A DNA stretch of 64,000 bases from Verrucomicrobiota bacterium (GTDB lineage: Bacteria; Verrucomicrobiota; Verrucomicrobiia; Limisphaerales; UBA11358), in assembly GCA_049521735.1 (NCBI GenBank), contig JBEKON010000001.1, positions 16,351 to 80,350 on the forward strand, given 5' to 3'. Shown in pieces: positions 17,202 through 25,773 of this stretch. The position numbers and the translations under genes are program-made. Each line of letters starts with the position of its first letter. Position 1 is the stretch's first letter. The notes below the pieces were generated by a model, which did no database searches, was not told the DNA's origin, and saw only the letters and a program-made list of their open reading frames with translations.

Positions 17202-18311
17202 ATGAACCTTGTCATCACGAAGGAGCAAATTATAAATGGACTGCAGGCAGTTCAAAACGTAGTCAGCTCACGGACAACTCTTCCCATTCTTTCAAATGTG
17301 TTAATGCGTGCCGAAGGAGATCGGGTTGAATTTACCGCGACAGACCTGGACGTAACCATAGCTTGCTCTGTAGAGGCAAAGGTAAAAAAACCGGGGGTTT
17401 CCACGGTTCCTGTAAAAAAACTCTTTGGGATTGTTCGCGAACTGAATGGCAGCGAGATCGAAATCGAAGTGGATGAGAAAAACACGTGCATCATTCACTG
17501 CGGAGCGTCATTTTATAAAATCCACGGGCTGAGCGCAGATGAATTTCCCCCACTACCGAAGTTCAAAGACGACAAAAAGCTCTCGATGTTACAGGAAACC
17601 GCCAAGGCAATGTTGAAAAAGACATCATTCGCCATTTCCACCGATGAATCGCGTTATGTGCTTAATGGAGTTTTTGTCAGCCTCAAAGATCATAAAATGA
17701 CAGTGGTGGCAACGGATGGTCGCCGGTTGGCGCTTGTGGATGAGGAAGTGGACATCTCGGAAAAGAGCCAGGGAGAATTCATCGTGCCGGCCAAGGCGGT
17801 AAATGAACTGAACCGTCTCCTGCAGGAGAAAGGGGACTTGGAGATCAAATTCAGCGAGAATCAGGCCGCGTTTAAACTAAAGGATGACAAGGGATTCTCC
17901 ATCCTTATCATCACCAAGTTGATTGAAGGCAATTATCCAAATTACCGCCAGGTCATTCCGGCCGAAACCAAGGAGCGCGTGCCGCTGGCGCGGGAGGAAT
18001 TCCTGCATGCCCTGCGCCGCGCCGAAATCATGACCAGCGAGAAGGCCAATTCCGTCAGGTTGACCTTCAGCAAAAACAACCTTGCCATCACCGCGAACTC
18101 ACCGGAGGTCGGAGAAGCCCGAGAAAGCCTGGCGGTGAACTACAAAGGCAAGGAAATCGCCATTGCCTTCAACGCCAAATATCTCATCGAACCGCTCAAC
18201 GCGCTGGTGGAAGACGAAGTCTTCTTTGAACTGATTGATGAACTCAGCCCGGGAGTCCTCAAAATCAACGGCCCATTTCTCTACGTCGTCATGCCGATGC
18301 GGTTGAGTTAA
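17202..18311 (+). CDS. dnaN: DNA polymerase III beta sliding clamp
   Basis: MNLVITKEQIINGLQAVQNVVSSRTTLPILSNVL...VVMPMRL is the typical DnaN pattern and length. The track start at 17196 is TTG; the ATG is at 17202. Confidence 0.95.
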   Translation: MNLVITKEQIINGLQAVQNVVSSRTTLPILSNVLMRAEGDRVEFTATDLDVTIACSVEAKVKKPGVSTVPVKKLFGIVRELNGSEIEIEVDEKNTCIIHCGASFYKIHGLSADEFPPLPKFKDDKKLSMLQETAKAMLKKTSFAISTDESRYVLNGVFVSLKDHKMTVVATDGRRLALVDEEVDISEKSQGEFIVPAKAVNELNRLLQEKGDLEIKFSENQAAFKLKDDKGFSILIITKLIEGNYPNYRQVIPAETKERVPLAREEFLHALRRAEIMTSEKANSVRLTFSKNNLAITANSPEVGEARESLAVNYKGKEIAIAFNAKYLIEPLNALVEDEVFFELIDELSPGVLKINGPFLYVVMPMRLS

Positions 18312-18339
18312 ATTTCTGGCGGCAGAGTGGAAAGAAGAA

Positions 18340-20391
18340 TCAGGCCCGACGTTCCTTGATCGCCGCGAGAATATCCGCCACGACTTCGTCTTTCGGTTTC
18401 GCACCGAGATTGCCTTTGCCGTGAACACGAACTGAAACGGCTCCGGCGTCCATGTCGCGACCACCGATAACGAGCATCGTGTGCACTTTAGCTTCTTCGG
18501 CGCGCTGGATTTTGCCGTTGATCTTGTCTGTGCCGTAATCGCCTTCGGCGCGGACCATGTTCGCGCGCAGTTCAGCCGTGATTTTCTTCGCGTAATCCAC
18601 GAGCGGCGCTTCTTCGCCGATGGTGAGGACGCGGACTTGTTCGGGCGCGAGCCAGAGCGGGAAATTGCCGGCGTAATGCTCGATCAAAAAGCCGATGAAC
18701 CGCTCGTGCGTGCCCAACGGCGCGCGATGGATGCACAGCGGCGTCTTGTCCGTGTTATCCTTATCGCGATAAACGAGACCGAATTTCGCGGGCACGGCGA
18801 AGTCCACCTGGTTGGTGGCCAGCGTGAATTCGCGCCCGATGACGCTCCAAACCTGCACGTCAATCTTCGGGCCATAGAACGCCGCCTCGTTTGGCACTTC
18901 CACATAAGGAATCTTCGAATCTATCAAAACCTTACGAACCATGTCCTCGGTCTGTTTCCAGAGCGCGGGTTCGTTGACATATTTCTTGCCCATGCCCTCG
19001 GGCGCAGAGGTGCTAAAACGCATCTGATACTTTTCGATGCCGAAAATCTTAAAATATTTCAGATACATCTCGTTCACCGCGTTGAACTCGGACGCAAACT
19101 GCTCCGGCGTGCAATAGATGTGCGCATCGTTCATGTTGAGCGAGCGGACGCGCATGAGGCCGAACAATTCGCCCGACTGCTCGTAGCGATAGCAAGTGCC
19201 GTATTCGGCGAGGCGCAATGGCAAATCGCGGTAACTGCGCGGCTCTGCTGCAAAAATGCGGTGATGATGCGGGCAGTTCATCGCTTTGAGGTAGTAGCGG
19301 TCAGGCTTACTAACCGTCTCAAAGTATAGGTCGTCAGCGAGACGATTATAAGCGAGGTCGTCGGACATCTGACGAAGCTCGGCAGGGATTCGCTTGCGAA
19401 GTTCTTCTGGTGAAAACGGATCGTGCCCACCTTCCTTCGCGATATCGAACATGTAGGGCTTCAATTCTTCGACAAGCCTTTGAACCTGTTCTGCTCGGAT
19501 TGTCTCTGTTTCTTTAGAGATTTTTGCGATTCCCGACTCCTCGCGTAGCGTCATTGGCGGAAACATTGACTCCGCGTAGAGCAGCGGCAGATGCCCGCTG
19601 GTCAGATACATTTTTTCCTTGGCGATGTGCGGCGTTTTCACCAGCACGTAACCGGCTGCAAATTCGGTTTCCTTTGCCAGCTTTTCCAATTCTTCGGCAA
19701 TGGCCGCACCTTTGGGCAGCCACAGCGGCAGACCTGGGCCGACATATTCCGTATCAATCGTGAACAGTCCCATTTCCTGTCCAATCTTGCGGTGGTCGCG
19801 GCGCTTGGCCTCTTCCAGCATTTTGAAATACTCGTCGAGCTGGGTCTTGTTCTTGAACGCCGTGCCGTAGATGCGCTGGAGTTGCGGGTTCTTCTCGTCG
19901 CCCTTGTAATAGGCGCTGGCCACGCTGGTGAGCTTGAACGCGCCGATGTTGCCGGTGCGCATCACGTGCTGCGGGTTCCATTCGCAAAGGTCAATGAAGT
20001 CGCCGTTCTTGCAGTAGGTAATCCGTTCGCCTTCGGGAATGTTTTCGAGGTTGCCGATTTTAAACTTGCTCGGGTTGCCCGGCCTCGCGCCCAATGCCCC
20101 AAGCCTTCCGGCCTGCGCGTCAGCGATCGCCTGCTCGCGCGTGACAACAACTTTCTCGAACGTGTGGTTCGCCTTGATTTCCTTTTTCATCTCGGCCTCG
20201 ATTGCCGGGAAATCCTCGGGCGAGATGCGGTGCGACAGTTCGACGTCGTAGTAGAAACCGTTTTCGACCGCCGGGCCGGAGGCGAATTGGGCGTCAGGCC
20301 AGAGGCGCAGGATGGCGGTGGCCATCACGTGGGCGCAGGAATGCCGGATGCGCTCCAGTTCGGTCATTTTCGCGCGGTCATCGGGTTGCAT
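18340..20391 (-). CDS. thrS: threonine--tRNA ligase (no TGS domain; about 75-aa insertion in the catalytic core)
   Basis: Editing-domain RHSCAHVMA, class II motifs YYLKAMNCPHH and LMRVRSLNMNDAHIY, and a C-terminal anticodon-binding domain. First ATG at 20391 (alternative at 20367). Confidence 0.9.
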   Translation of the reverse strand: MQPDDRAKMTELERIRHSCAHVMATAILRLWPDAQFASGPAVENGFYYDVELSHRISPEDFPAIEAEMKKEIKANHTFEKVVVTREQAIADAQAGRLGALGARPGNPSKFKIGNLENIPEGERITYCKNGDFIDLCEWNPQHVMRTGNIGAFKLTSVASAYYKGDEKNPQLQRIYGTAFKNKTQLDEYFKMLEEAKRRDHRKIGQEMGLFTIDTEYVGPGLPLWLPKGAAIAEELEKLAKETEFAAGYVLVKTPHIAKEKMYLTSGHLPLLYAESMFPPMTLREESGIAKISKETETIRAEQVQRLVEELKPYMFDIAKEGGHDPFSPEELRKRIPAELRQMSDDLAYNRLADDLYFETVSKPDRYYLKAMNCPHHHRIFAAEPRSYRDLPLRLAEYGTCYRYEQSGELFGLMRVRSLNMNDAHIYCTPEQFASEFNAVNEMYLKYFKIFGIEKYQMRFSTSAPEGMGKKYVNEPALWKQTEDMVRKVLIDSKIPYVEVPNEAAFYGPKIDVQVWSVIGREFTLATNQVDFAVPAKFGLVYRDKDNTDKTPLCIHRAPLGTHERFIGFLIEHYAGNFPLWLAPEQVRVLTIGEEAPLVDYAKKITAELRANMVRAEGDYGTDKINGKIQRAEEAKVHTMLVIGGRDMDAGAVSVRVHGKGNLGAKPKDEVVADILAAIKERRA

Positions 20392-20400
20392 AAGTTTCGC

Positions 20401-20559
20401 ACAACAAAGAAACAACGAAACGAGGAGGAAAACAAGTTTTCTGCTTCTCGTGGGTAGGGACGCGCGGCCCGCGCGTCCGTCGGAAGTTCCGCCTCACAAC
20501 CCGGTCGCCTCGCCGAGGCGACCCTACCAATAACTTTGTTCCTTCGTTCCTTTGTTGTT
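20401..20559. repeat. nested composite element: outer octamer-repeat arms enclosing an inverted pair of GTAGGG-hairpin (REP-like) units
   Basis: Outer arms are ACAACAAAGAAACAACGAAACGAGG (20401..20425) and CTTTGTTCCTTCGTTCCTTTGTTGT (20535..20559). The inner unit GTAGGGACGCGCGGCCCGCGCGTCC is at 20454..20478. The reverse complement of 20503..20527 is GTAGGGTCGCCTCGGCGAGGCGACC. Confidence 0.85.
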
Positions 20560-20568
20560 CAGTAAAAG

Positions 20569-21756
20569 TCACCGGGCGGTTTTCCAGATGGTGAGCAGCG
20601 CGCCGAAACCGCACAGCAACAGCAGGCTCACGGCGATGGCGCCGCTGTTGGCGTATTGCGGCACCCATTGCAGCGATGCCGCGCCGACCGCCGGGCCGAC
20701 GCAGTTGCCGACGCCAATGGCGGCCTCGTGGATGCCGCCGTGTTCGCCTTTGGCTTCGCCCGCGTCCATCGAGTAAAACAGCGACGAGTAATAAATCAGC
20801 CCGATGGCCGCGCCGAAGAAAATTTGCGCCAACAACAGCACGGCGAGATTCGGAACGATGAGAATCGTCGCGAATGAAATGACGAGCGTTGCAAATGCTG
20901 CCACCAGCCAGCGGAAGCGGTAATGCCAATCCGTCCAACGCCATAGCACGATAAAGACGCCGAGTCGCACAAAGCACCACAACGAGCACGCAAATCCCAC
21001 AAACATCGGCGTGAGCCGAAAATGCGCGGCCAGCGTGGGCAGCATCGGGATGAACGTGTTGATGGCGATGTAAGCGAACGGGTTCGCCAGCCACGCCATG
21101 CGAAGAAACGCCTTGGTTTTGGCCGGCGAAGGCCGATGGGGGTCGGGCGGCGGCATAACAGCGGGCTGACCGATGGTGGTGCGGGCAACGTCAGTGGCGT
21201 ACTTTTCCAGCCAGAAAACCAAAACCAGTTGCGCGGCCAAAATAACGATGGGCAGGTAGAAAATGGTTTTGAAACCGAATTGCTCCACGAGCGTGCCGCC
21301 GCCAAAAAGCGCCAGCGCATTCGTTGCCGCCCAGACGACATTGTAAGTGCCGACCATGCGCGGCAGGCCGACGGCGTCCTCGCCTTCGCTCACGAGCGCC
21401 TCGATGGTCGGCCAGATAAAACACATTCCGGCGTTGAACGCTCCAGTGGCTAGCACCAGGCCGATGGCGGAGTTGAATTGCGAGCCGGCGGCCAGCGCAA
21501 AAATCATCACGCTGAAGCCGAGCTTGAGTGAGTTGAAATAGCCGCGCCGTTGCGCGAACCGTCCGGCCTGCCACGAGGCAACGGCGTAGATGAGGCCGTT
21601 CAGCGAGGCGAAAGCGAGATTATCCTTGGCGCTGAAGCCAAACTGGTTCCGCATGAAAAAATAGATGTAATAAAAATAGAACGCCACTGCGAAGGAACCC
21701 AAGCCTCCGAGTGTGAAGTAAGCGAGTTTAAGCCGGCTTCTTTTTTTAGTAATCAT
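20569..21756 (-). CDS. MFS transporter
   Basis: About 12 predicted TM segments with MFS-like loop motifs. Start set at ATG 21756 (MITKKRSRLKLAYF...). Confidence 0.8.
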   Translation of the reverse strand: MITKKRSRLKLAYFTLGGLGSFAVAFYFYYIYFFMRNQFGFSAKDNLAFASLNGLIYAVASWQAGRFAQRRGYFNSLKLGFSVMIFALAAGSQFNSAIGLVLATGAFNAGMCFIWPTIEALVSEGEDAVGLPRMVGTYNVVWAATNALALFGGGTLVEQFGFKTIFYLPIVILAAQLVLVFWLEKYATDVARTTIGQPAVMPPPDPHRPSPAKTKAFLRMAWLANPFAYIAINTFIPMLPTLAAHFRLTPMFVGFACSLWCFVRLGVFIVLWRWTDWHYRFRWLVAAFATLVISFATILIVPNLAVLLLAQIFFGAAIGLIYYSSLFYSMDAGEAKGEHGGIHEAAIGVGNCVGPAVGAASLQWVPQYANSGAIAVSLLLLCGFGALLTIWKTAR

Positions 21757-22246
21757 ATAACCCCGTGTCACGTGTGTAACCGCCGCCTCCGGCGCCGCCG
21801 GCCTCGCCGCCCATGAAATCGCCAAGCACGTCGCCCATGTCTGCCTCGATTTTTTCCGGGTCTTCACCGGCTTCGAGGCGCTTTATGGCCGCGTCGAGTT
21901 CCTTTGGAACCGAGCCGGGAGGCATAAGGTCTTTCATTTTCCGCATCATGTGCGCCATGTGCCGCGGATTGTTTTCGTCCAAGTGCTCCATGTCGCGTTC
22001 CATTTCCATCATTGCGCGCCCGACGCGCGGATCGTCGAGATCGGGCATCGGCGATTCATCGCCCGCAGCTTCGGTTTTGGCCGCCGGTTCTTTCAAGCTG
22101 CGCGTCGTGGCGAAGCGGCTGATTTGCCTGGACATTTTTTTATCGCCGCATTTGGGGCAGACCGGCTGGCGGCCGGGATTCGCCCGCTTCGAAAGGAAGC
22201 TGAAAATCTTCCGGCACTTCGGACAGGCAAATTCGTAAATGGGCAT
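21746..22246 (-). CDS. FmdB-family zinc-ribbon protein with a long acidic Met/His-rich tail
   Basis: MPIYEFACPKCRKIF...CPKCGDKKMSRQIS has the CxxC...CxxC FmdB signature, starting at ATG 22246. The C-terminus ends in a Gly run (GGEAGGAGGGGYTRD). Confidence 0.7.
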   Translation of the reverse strand: MPIYEFACPKCRKIFSFLSKRANPGRQPVCPKCGDKKMSRQISRFATTRSLKEPAAKTEAAGDESPMPDLDDPRVGRAMMEMERDMEHLDENNPRHMAHMMRKMKDLMPPGSVPKELDAAIKRLEAGEDPEKIEADMGDVLGDFMGGEAGGAGGGGYTRDTGLYDY

Positions 22247-22380
22247 AGGTGACGCGAAAAATAAACCATGAAGACCCAAAAATACGAAGAAATTTTGGAG
22301 ATTCAGCCACAAAATGTGGGGGAGCGGAGCAACAACCAGTGTTTGAAATCCGCAATTTACGGTCTAAAATCGGAAATCGA

Positions 22381-22668
22381 ATGAAAACCGCTTATGAACT
22401 CGCGATGGAACGGCTTAACAAAACTAGGCCGGCTGTCAAACTCACCGGCGCGCAAAAGGGGCAGCTTGCGGAATTGGATTCAAAATACGCCGCGAAGATT
22501 GCCGGGCGCGAAATCGCATTGAAGGATGAAATCTCGAAGGTCGCTGCGGCGGGAGACGCGGAAAAGATTGAAACATTACGGCAACGATGGGTTGCCGAGC
22601 GCCAGAAACTTCAGGCCGAGTTGGAAGAGGAAAAAGAACGGGTGCGGCACGGCACAACTGCGAAATGA
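22381..22668 (+). CDS. hypothetical coiled-coil protein (95 aa)
   Basis: ATG at 22381 (MKTAYELAMERLNK...). Charged, heptad-like sequence with no recognised family. Confidence 0.45.
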   Translation: MKTAYELAMERLNKTRPAVKLTGAQKGQLAELDSKYAAKIAGREIALKDEISKVAAAGDAEKIETLRQRWVAERQKLQAELEEEKERVRHGTTAK

Positions 22669-22768
22669 AACTCGGAACTGGCTTGCCGAGATGTGTGCCG
22701 GACCACCAACCCCGCGTTTGTTACATGATTACTCGACAATACTGACTCGTAATGCATATTGGATTGTG

Positions 22769-24067
22769 ATGCGGCAACTCTCAGGAAAACCAAAGATGAA
22801 TGCCTCCACTCAATCCAATCTTCCCCATCCTGCCTTAACCGATGATCGAACCTCGCGAGAATCACGACGGCTTGGTTTCACTCGCACGGTTTCGACTTGG
22901 CCAAAGCCCGTCGTCGCGGGGCTATTGCTTGGGCTGGTTTTCGCAGTAGGATGGGTTGACTACAAGACCGGTGTGGAGCTTTCCTTTTCGTTGTTCTATC
23001 TCATCCCAATCGCCATCGGCACTTGGGTTGGAAGCCGTTCGATTGGAAACATAATCGCCTTTGCGAGTGTGGGTGTTTGGTTCTTTGCTAACCATTTTGC
23101 CGGACACGCTTACGGAGATAGGTTCATCCTGATTTGGAATATATTGACACTGGCTATTTCGTTTCTGGTGGTGGTTGCCTTGCTCGCGTCGTTGCGCGAA
23201 ATAAACGAAGGTTTGGAACAAACTGTGGCCCGCCGCACCAAGGCGCTTCAGTCCGAGAACGCCCAACGCCGCCAAGCCGAGGAAGAACTTCGCCGTGCCC
23301 TGAGCGATATCCAAACAGCGCACGCAGAATTGCAGCGGACCCAATTTCAACTCACCGAATCGGCGAAGATGGAATCCATAGGCCGGCTGGCCGCCGGCAT
23401 CGCGCATGAGATCAAGAACCCGCTCATGACGTTGAGTCTGGGGGCGGACTACTTCCTGAACCGCAAGACCGAAAACCCGGACGAAGTCCAGTTGGTCCAG
23501 GACATGAAAGAAGCCATCCATCGCGCCAGCGACATCATCAATGTCCTTCTGGATTACGCTCACCCGCGACCATTGCAGCGCACGAGTGAGGACATCCATA
23601 ACGTCATCGAAAACTCGCTCGCGCTGGTGCGGCATCAATTGAACAAGCAACGCGTAACGGTAGTGCGCGAATTCGACACGACCGTGCCACCGCTGTCGCT
23701 GGATCGAACGTGCATCGAGCAAGTGTTCGTGAACCTCTTTCTCAATGCGATGCAGGCAATGCCGCCCGGCGGCACTCTCACCGTGCGGACTTTCGCCCCC
23801 GACCTCTGTGGCGGCGACAGCGATGCCCCGGCGGGCGTGATGGTTGAAATTGACGATACGGGCCACGGCATCATGCCAGAAAACGTGGACAAACTGTTTG
23901 AGCCTTTTTTCACGACCAAATCGCCCGGCCATGGAACGGGTCTGGGGCTGGCGACTGTCCGCCGGATCATGGAAATCCACGGCGGTTCAGTCCGCTTGAG
24001 CAGCCGGAAGGCAGGCGGCACGCGCGCCACTCTGCAATTCAACAACGAACCGAGGAAAGAACCATGA
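22769..24067 (+). CDS. membrane sensor histidine kinase
   Basis: Four N-terminal hydrophobic segments, then H-box AAGIAHEIKNPL, N-box NLFLNAMQAM, G1 DDTGHGI and G2 GTGLGL. The start is uncertain (ATG 22691, 22769 or 22796). Confidence 0.85.
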   Translation: MRQLSGKPKMNASTQSNLPHPALTDDRTSRESRRLGFTRTVSTWPKPVVAGLLLGLVFAVGWVDYKTGVELSFSLFYLIPIAIGTWVGSRSIGNIIAFASVGVWFFANHFAGHAYGDRFILIWNILTLAISFLVVVALLASLREINEGLEQTVARRTKALQSENAQRRQAEEELRRALSDIQTAHAELQRTQFQLTESAKMESIGRLAAGIAHEIKNPLMTLSLGADYFLNRKTENPDEVQLVQDMKEAIHRASDIINVLLDYAHPRPLQRTSEDIHNVIENSLALVRHQLNKQRVTVVREFDTTVPPLSLDRTCIEQVFVNLFLNAMQAMPPGGTLTVRTFAPDLCGGDSDAPAGVMVEIDDTGHGIMPENVDKLFEPFFTTKSPGHGTGLGLATVRRIMEIHGGSVRLSSRKAGGTRATLQFNNEPRKEP

Positions 24068-24441
24068 CAACTAAACGAATTCTTGTGGTGGACGACGAAC
24101 CGAGCGTCACCAGAAACTTGAAACTCAACCTTGAATCCAGTGGTGGTTACGAGGTGCTCTGTGAAAACTATGCCACCAATACGTTGAGCGCAGCACGGAC
24201 TTTCCGACCGGATTTAATCTTGTTGGACGTGATGATGCCCGACATGGACGGCGATGAGGTTGCCGCACAGCTTCGGGCCGATCCGCTGCTCTGCGACACA
24301 CCGATCATCTTCCTCACAGCGATTGTTTCCAACAAGGAAACGGACGGCCGCGAAATGATCAGCGGGGCAGAGACGTTTCTTGCCAAGCCGGTGGACATCG
24401 GCGAGCTAAAAAAAACACTGGAGCAACACGTTCGGAAGTGA
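24064..24441 (+). CDS. single-domain response regulator (CheY-like receiver)
   Basis: ILVVDDEP...LILLDVMMPDMDG...KP receiver pattern. Its start overlaps the kinase stop by 4 nt. Confidence 0.9.
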   Translation: MTTKRILVVDDEPSVTRNLKLNLESSGGYEVLCENYATNTLSAARTFRPDLILLDVMMPDMDGDEVAAQLRADPLLCDTPIIFLTAIVSNKETDGREMISGAETFLAKPVDIGELKKTLEQHVRK

Positions 24442-24647
24442 CGCACGAAAAAGCGTGAGGCTGTGCCCTCGACACCACCGCCGAGCAACGACCGGCGCGA
24501 TTGGTAGGGGAAAAGGCAAAATTCTACTACAAGCTTGCGACGGCGCGGCAGCCCCGCTCTTTCCAGGTCGTCGAACAGTTCGCCGATTCATTGAACGTAG
24601 TATTTACCTTTCATGGCGTGTTTAGTCCCACTTCAGAAAGGGCGGGG

Positions 24648-24731
24648 TGGTGCGCGCGAGAGGATTTGAACCTCCACCCATTTCTGGACCGGATCCTAAG
24701 TCCGGCGCGTCTGCCATTCCGCCACGCGCGC
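24648..24731 (-). tRNA. tRNA-Leu (anticodon TAG), CCA encoded
   Basis: The reverse complement reads GCGCGCGTGGCGGAATGGCAGACGCGCCGGACTTAGGATCCGGTCCAGAAATGGGTGGAGGTTCAAATCCTCTCGCGCGCACCA. It has a 7-bp acceptor stem, the anticodon loop CTTAGGA, a long variable arm and a TTCAAAT T-loop. Confidence 0.9.
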
Positions 24732-24844
24732 GACCCTGGTATCAAGTTGCGCCACAGCCGGCGGAATCTCAAGCCCGGTTTTTCCGGTTGTCGTCCAGCC
24801 AACGCGCCATTGCAGCCGTCGAAAAGTTCGTTTAGGTTCGTGCC

Positions 24845-25597
24845 ATGTCATTTGGTAACCGGCTTTTGTTCAGCGTGTGTGCCGTGTGGTTCGGCGTCGT
24901 GTTGAGTGGCTGCGCGCCGTCGGGACAGAGCCAGTCGGATGAGGAAAAAGAGCCGCATTATGTTCTCGGCAAAAGCCGCGTCAACGCGATGGATTTTCGG
25001 GGGGCGATTGAGGCGTTCGAGGAATCGTTGGAGGTGAATCCGCATTCAGCGTCGGCGCATTTTGAACTCGGCTGGCTTTACGATGAAAAAGAGCCCGACC
25101 CCGTGGCGGCGATTTATCATTACCAGCAATATTTGAAACTGTGCCCGGGCGCCGACAACGCGGAGGTCATCAAGCAGCGTATTTACAGTTGTAAACAACA
25201 GTTAGCTGCCGACGTGACGCCATTGTCCAGTACGCCCGCCGCGCAAAAGCAACTGGATCAATTAGCCGACCAGAACCGGCAATTGCAGGACGAGGTGAAC
25301 AGGTGGCGCGCGTATTACGCGAGCCAGTTGGCGGCGGCCAAAACCAATTCGCCGCCGACGCCGAACAATGCCGTTGCGCAGCCAATGCCAGCCAAGCAAA
25401 CCGGTGCGAATGCAGGCCATTCCGGAAATACCGCGGCCACTGCCAGACCACGCACGCATACGGTTGTTGCCGGTGAGACAGCGGTGGGCATCGCGCGCAA
25501 ATTCGGCGTGAAATTGAGTGCGCTGCAGGCGGCGAACCCGGACATGAATCCCAGCCGAATTCGCGTCGGTCAGGTTTTGAACATTCCACCGCCGTAA
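24845..25597 (+). CDS. lipoprotein with a TPR-like region and C-terminal LysM peptidoglycan-binding domain
   Basis: Signal peptide with lipobox VVLSGC. The C-terminal HTVVAGETAVGIARKFGVKLSALQAANPDMNPSRIRVGQVLNIP is a LysM domain. Confidence 0.8.
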   Translation: MSFGNRLLFSVCAVWFGVVLSGCAPSGQSQSDEEKEPHYVLGKSRVNAMDFRGAIEAFEESLEVNPHSASAHFELGWLYDEKEPDPVAAIYHYQQYLKLCPGADNAEVIKQRIYSCKQQLAADVTPLSSTPAAQKQLDQLADQNRQLQDEVNRWRAYYASQLAAAKTNSPPTPNNAVAQPMPAKQTGANAGHSGNTAATARPRTHTVVAGETAVGIARKFGVKLSALQAANPDMNPSRIRVGQVLNIPPP

Positions 25598-25773
25598 ACA
25601 GCACGCCCGGCCCGCTCGAAGATACTTCTCCGACATTGACAAAAGACTGGAAACAGACCAAATCAGTGTCAATTCACGCACTTTTACTGTGCCACAAAGT
25701 TTCCATTTAACTTGTTGACTCATTTCATAATTGCGCCAAACTGTCACTCTTAATTCATTGGAGATTTGTTTTA

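Noticed and set aside
20392-20568. thrS leader as a T-box or tRNA-mimic operator
   Set aside because: The hairpins are GC-rich palindromes preceded by GTAGG, matching the REP-like units at 37032..37120. I saw no T-box sequence or specifier-loop layout.
24442-24845. Genomic-island insertion at tRNA-Leu (also at tRNA-Gln 39907..39980 and ssrA 60985..61336)
   Set aside because: No integrase, excisionase or transposase ORF and no direct repeat of the tRNA or tmRNA 3' end is visible in the flanks.
24501-24905. 134-aa ORF spanning the tRNA-Leu locus
   Set aside because: It reads through a tRNA gene on the opposite strand and into the start of the LysM lipoprotein gene, with no coding features.
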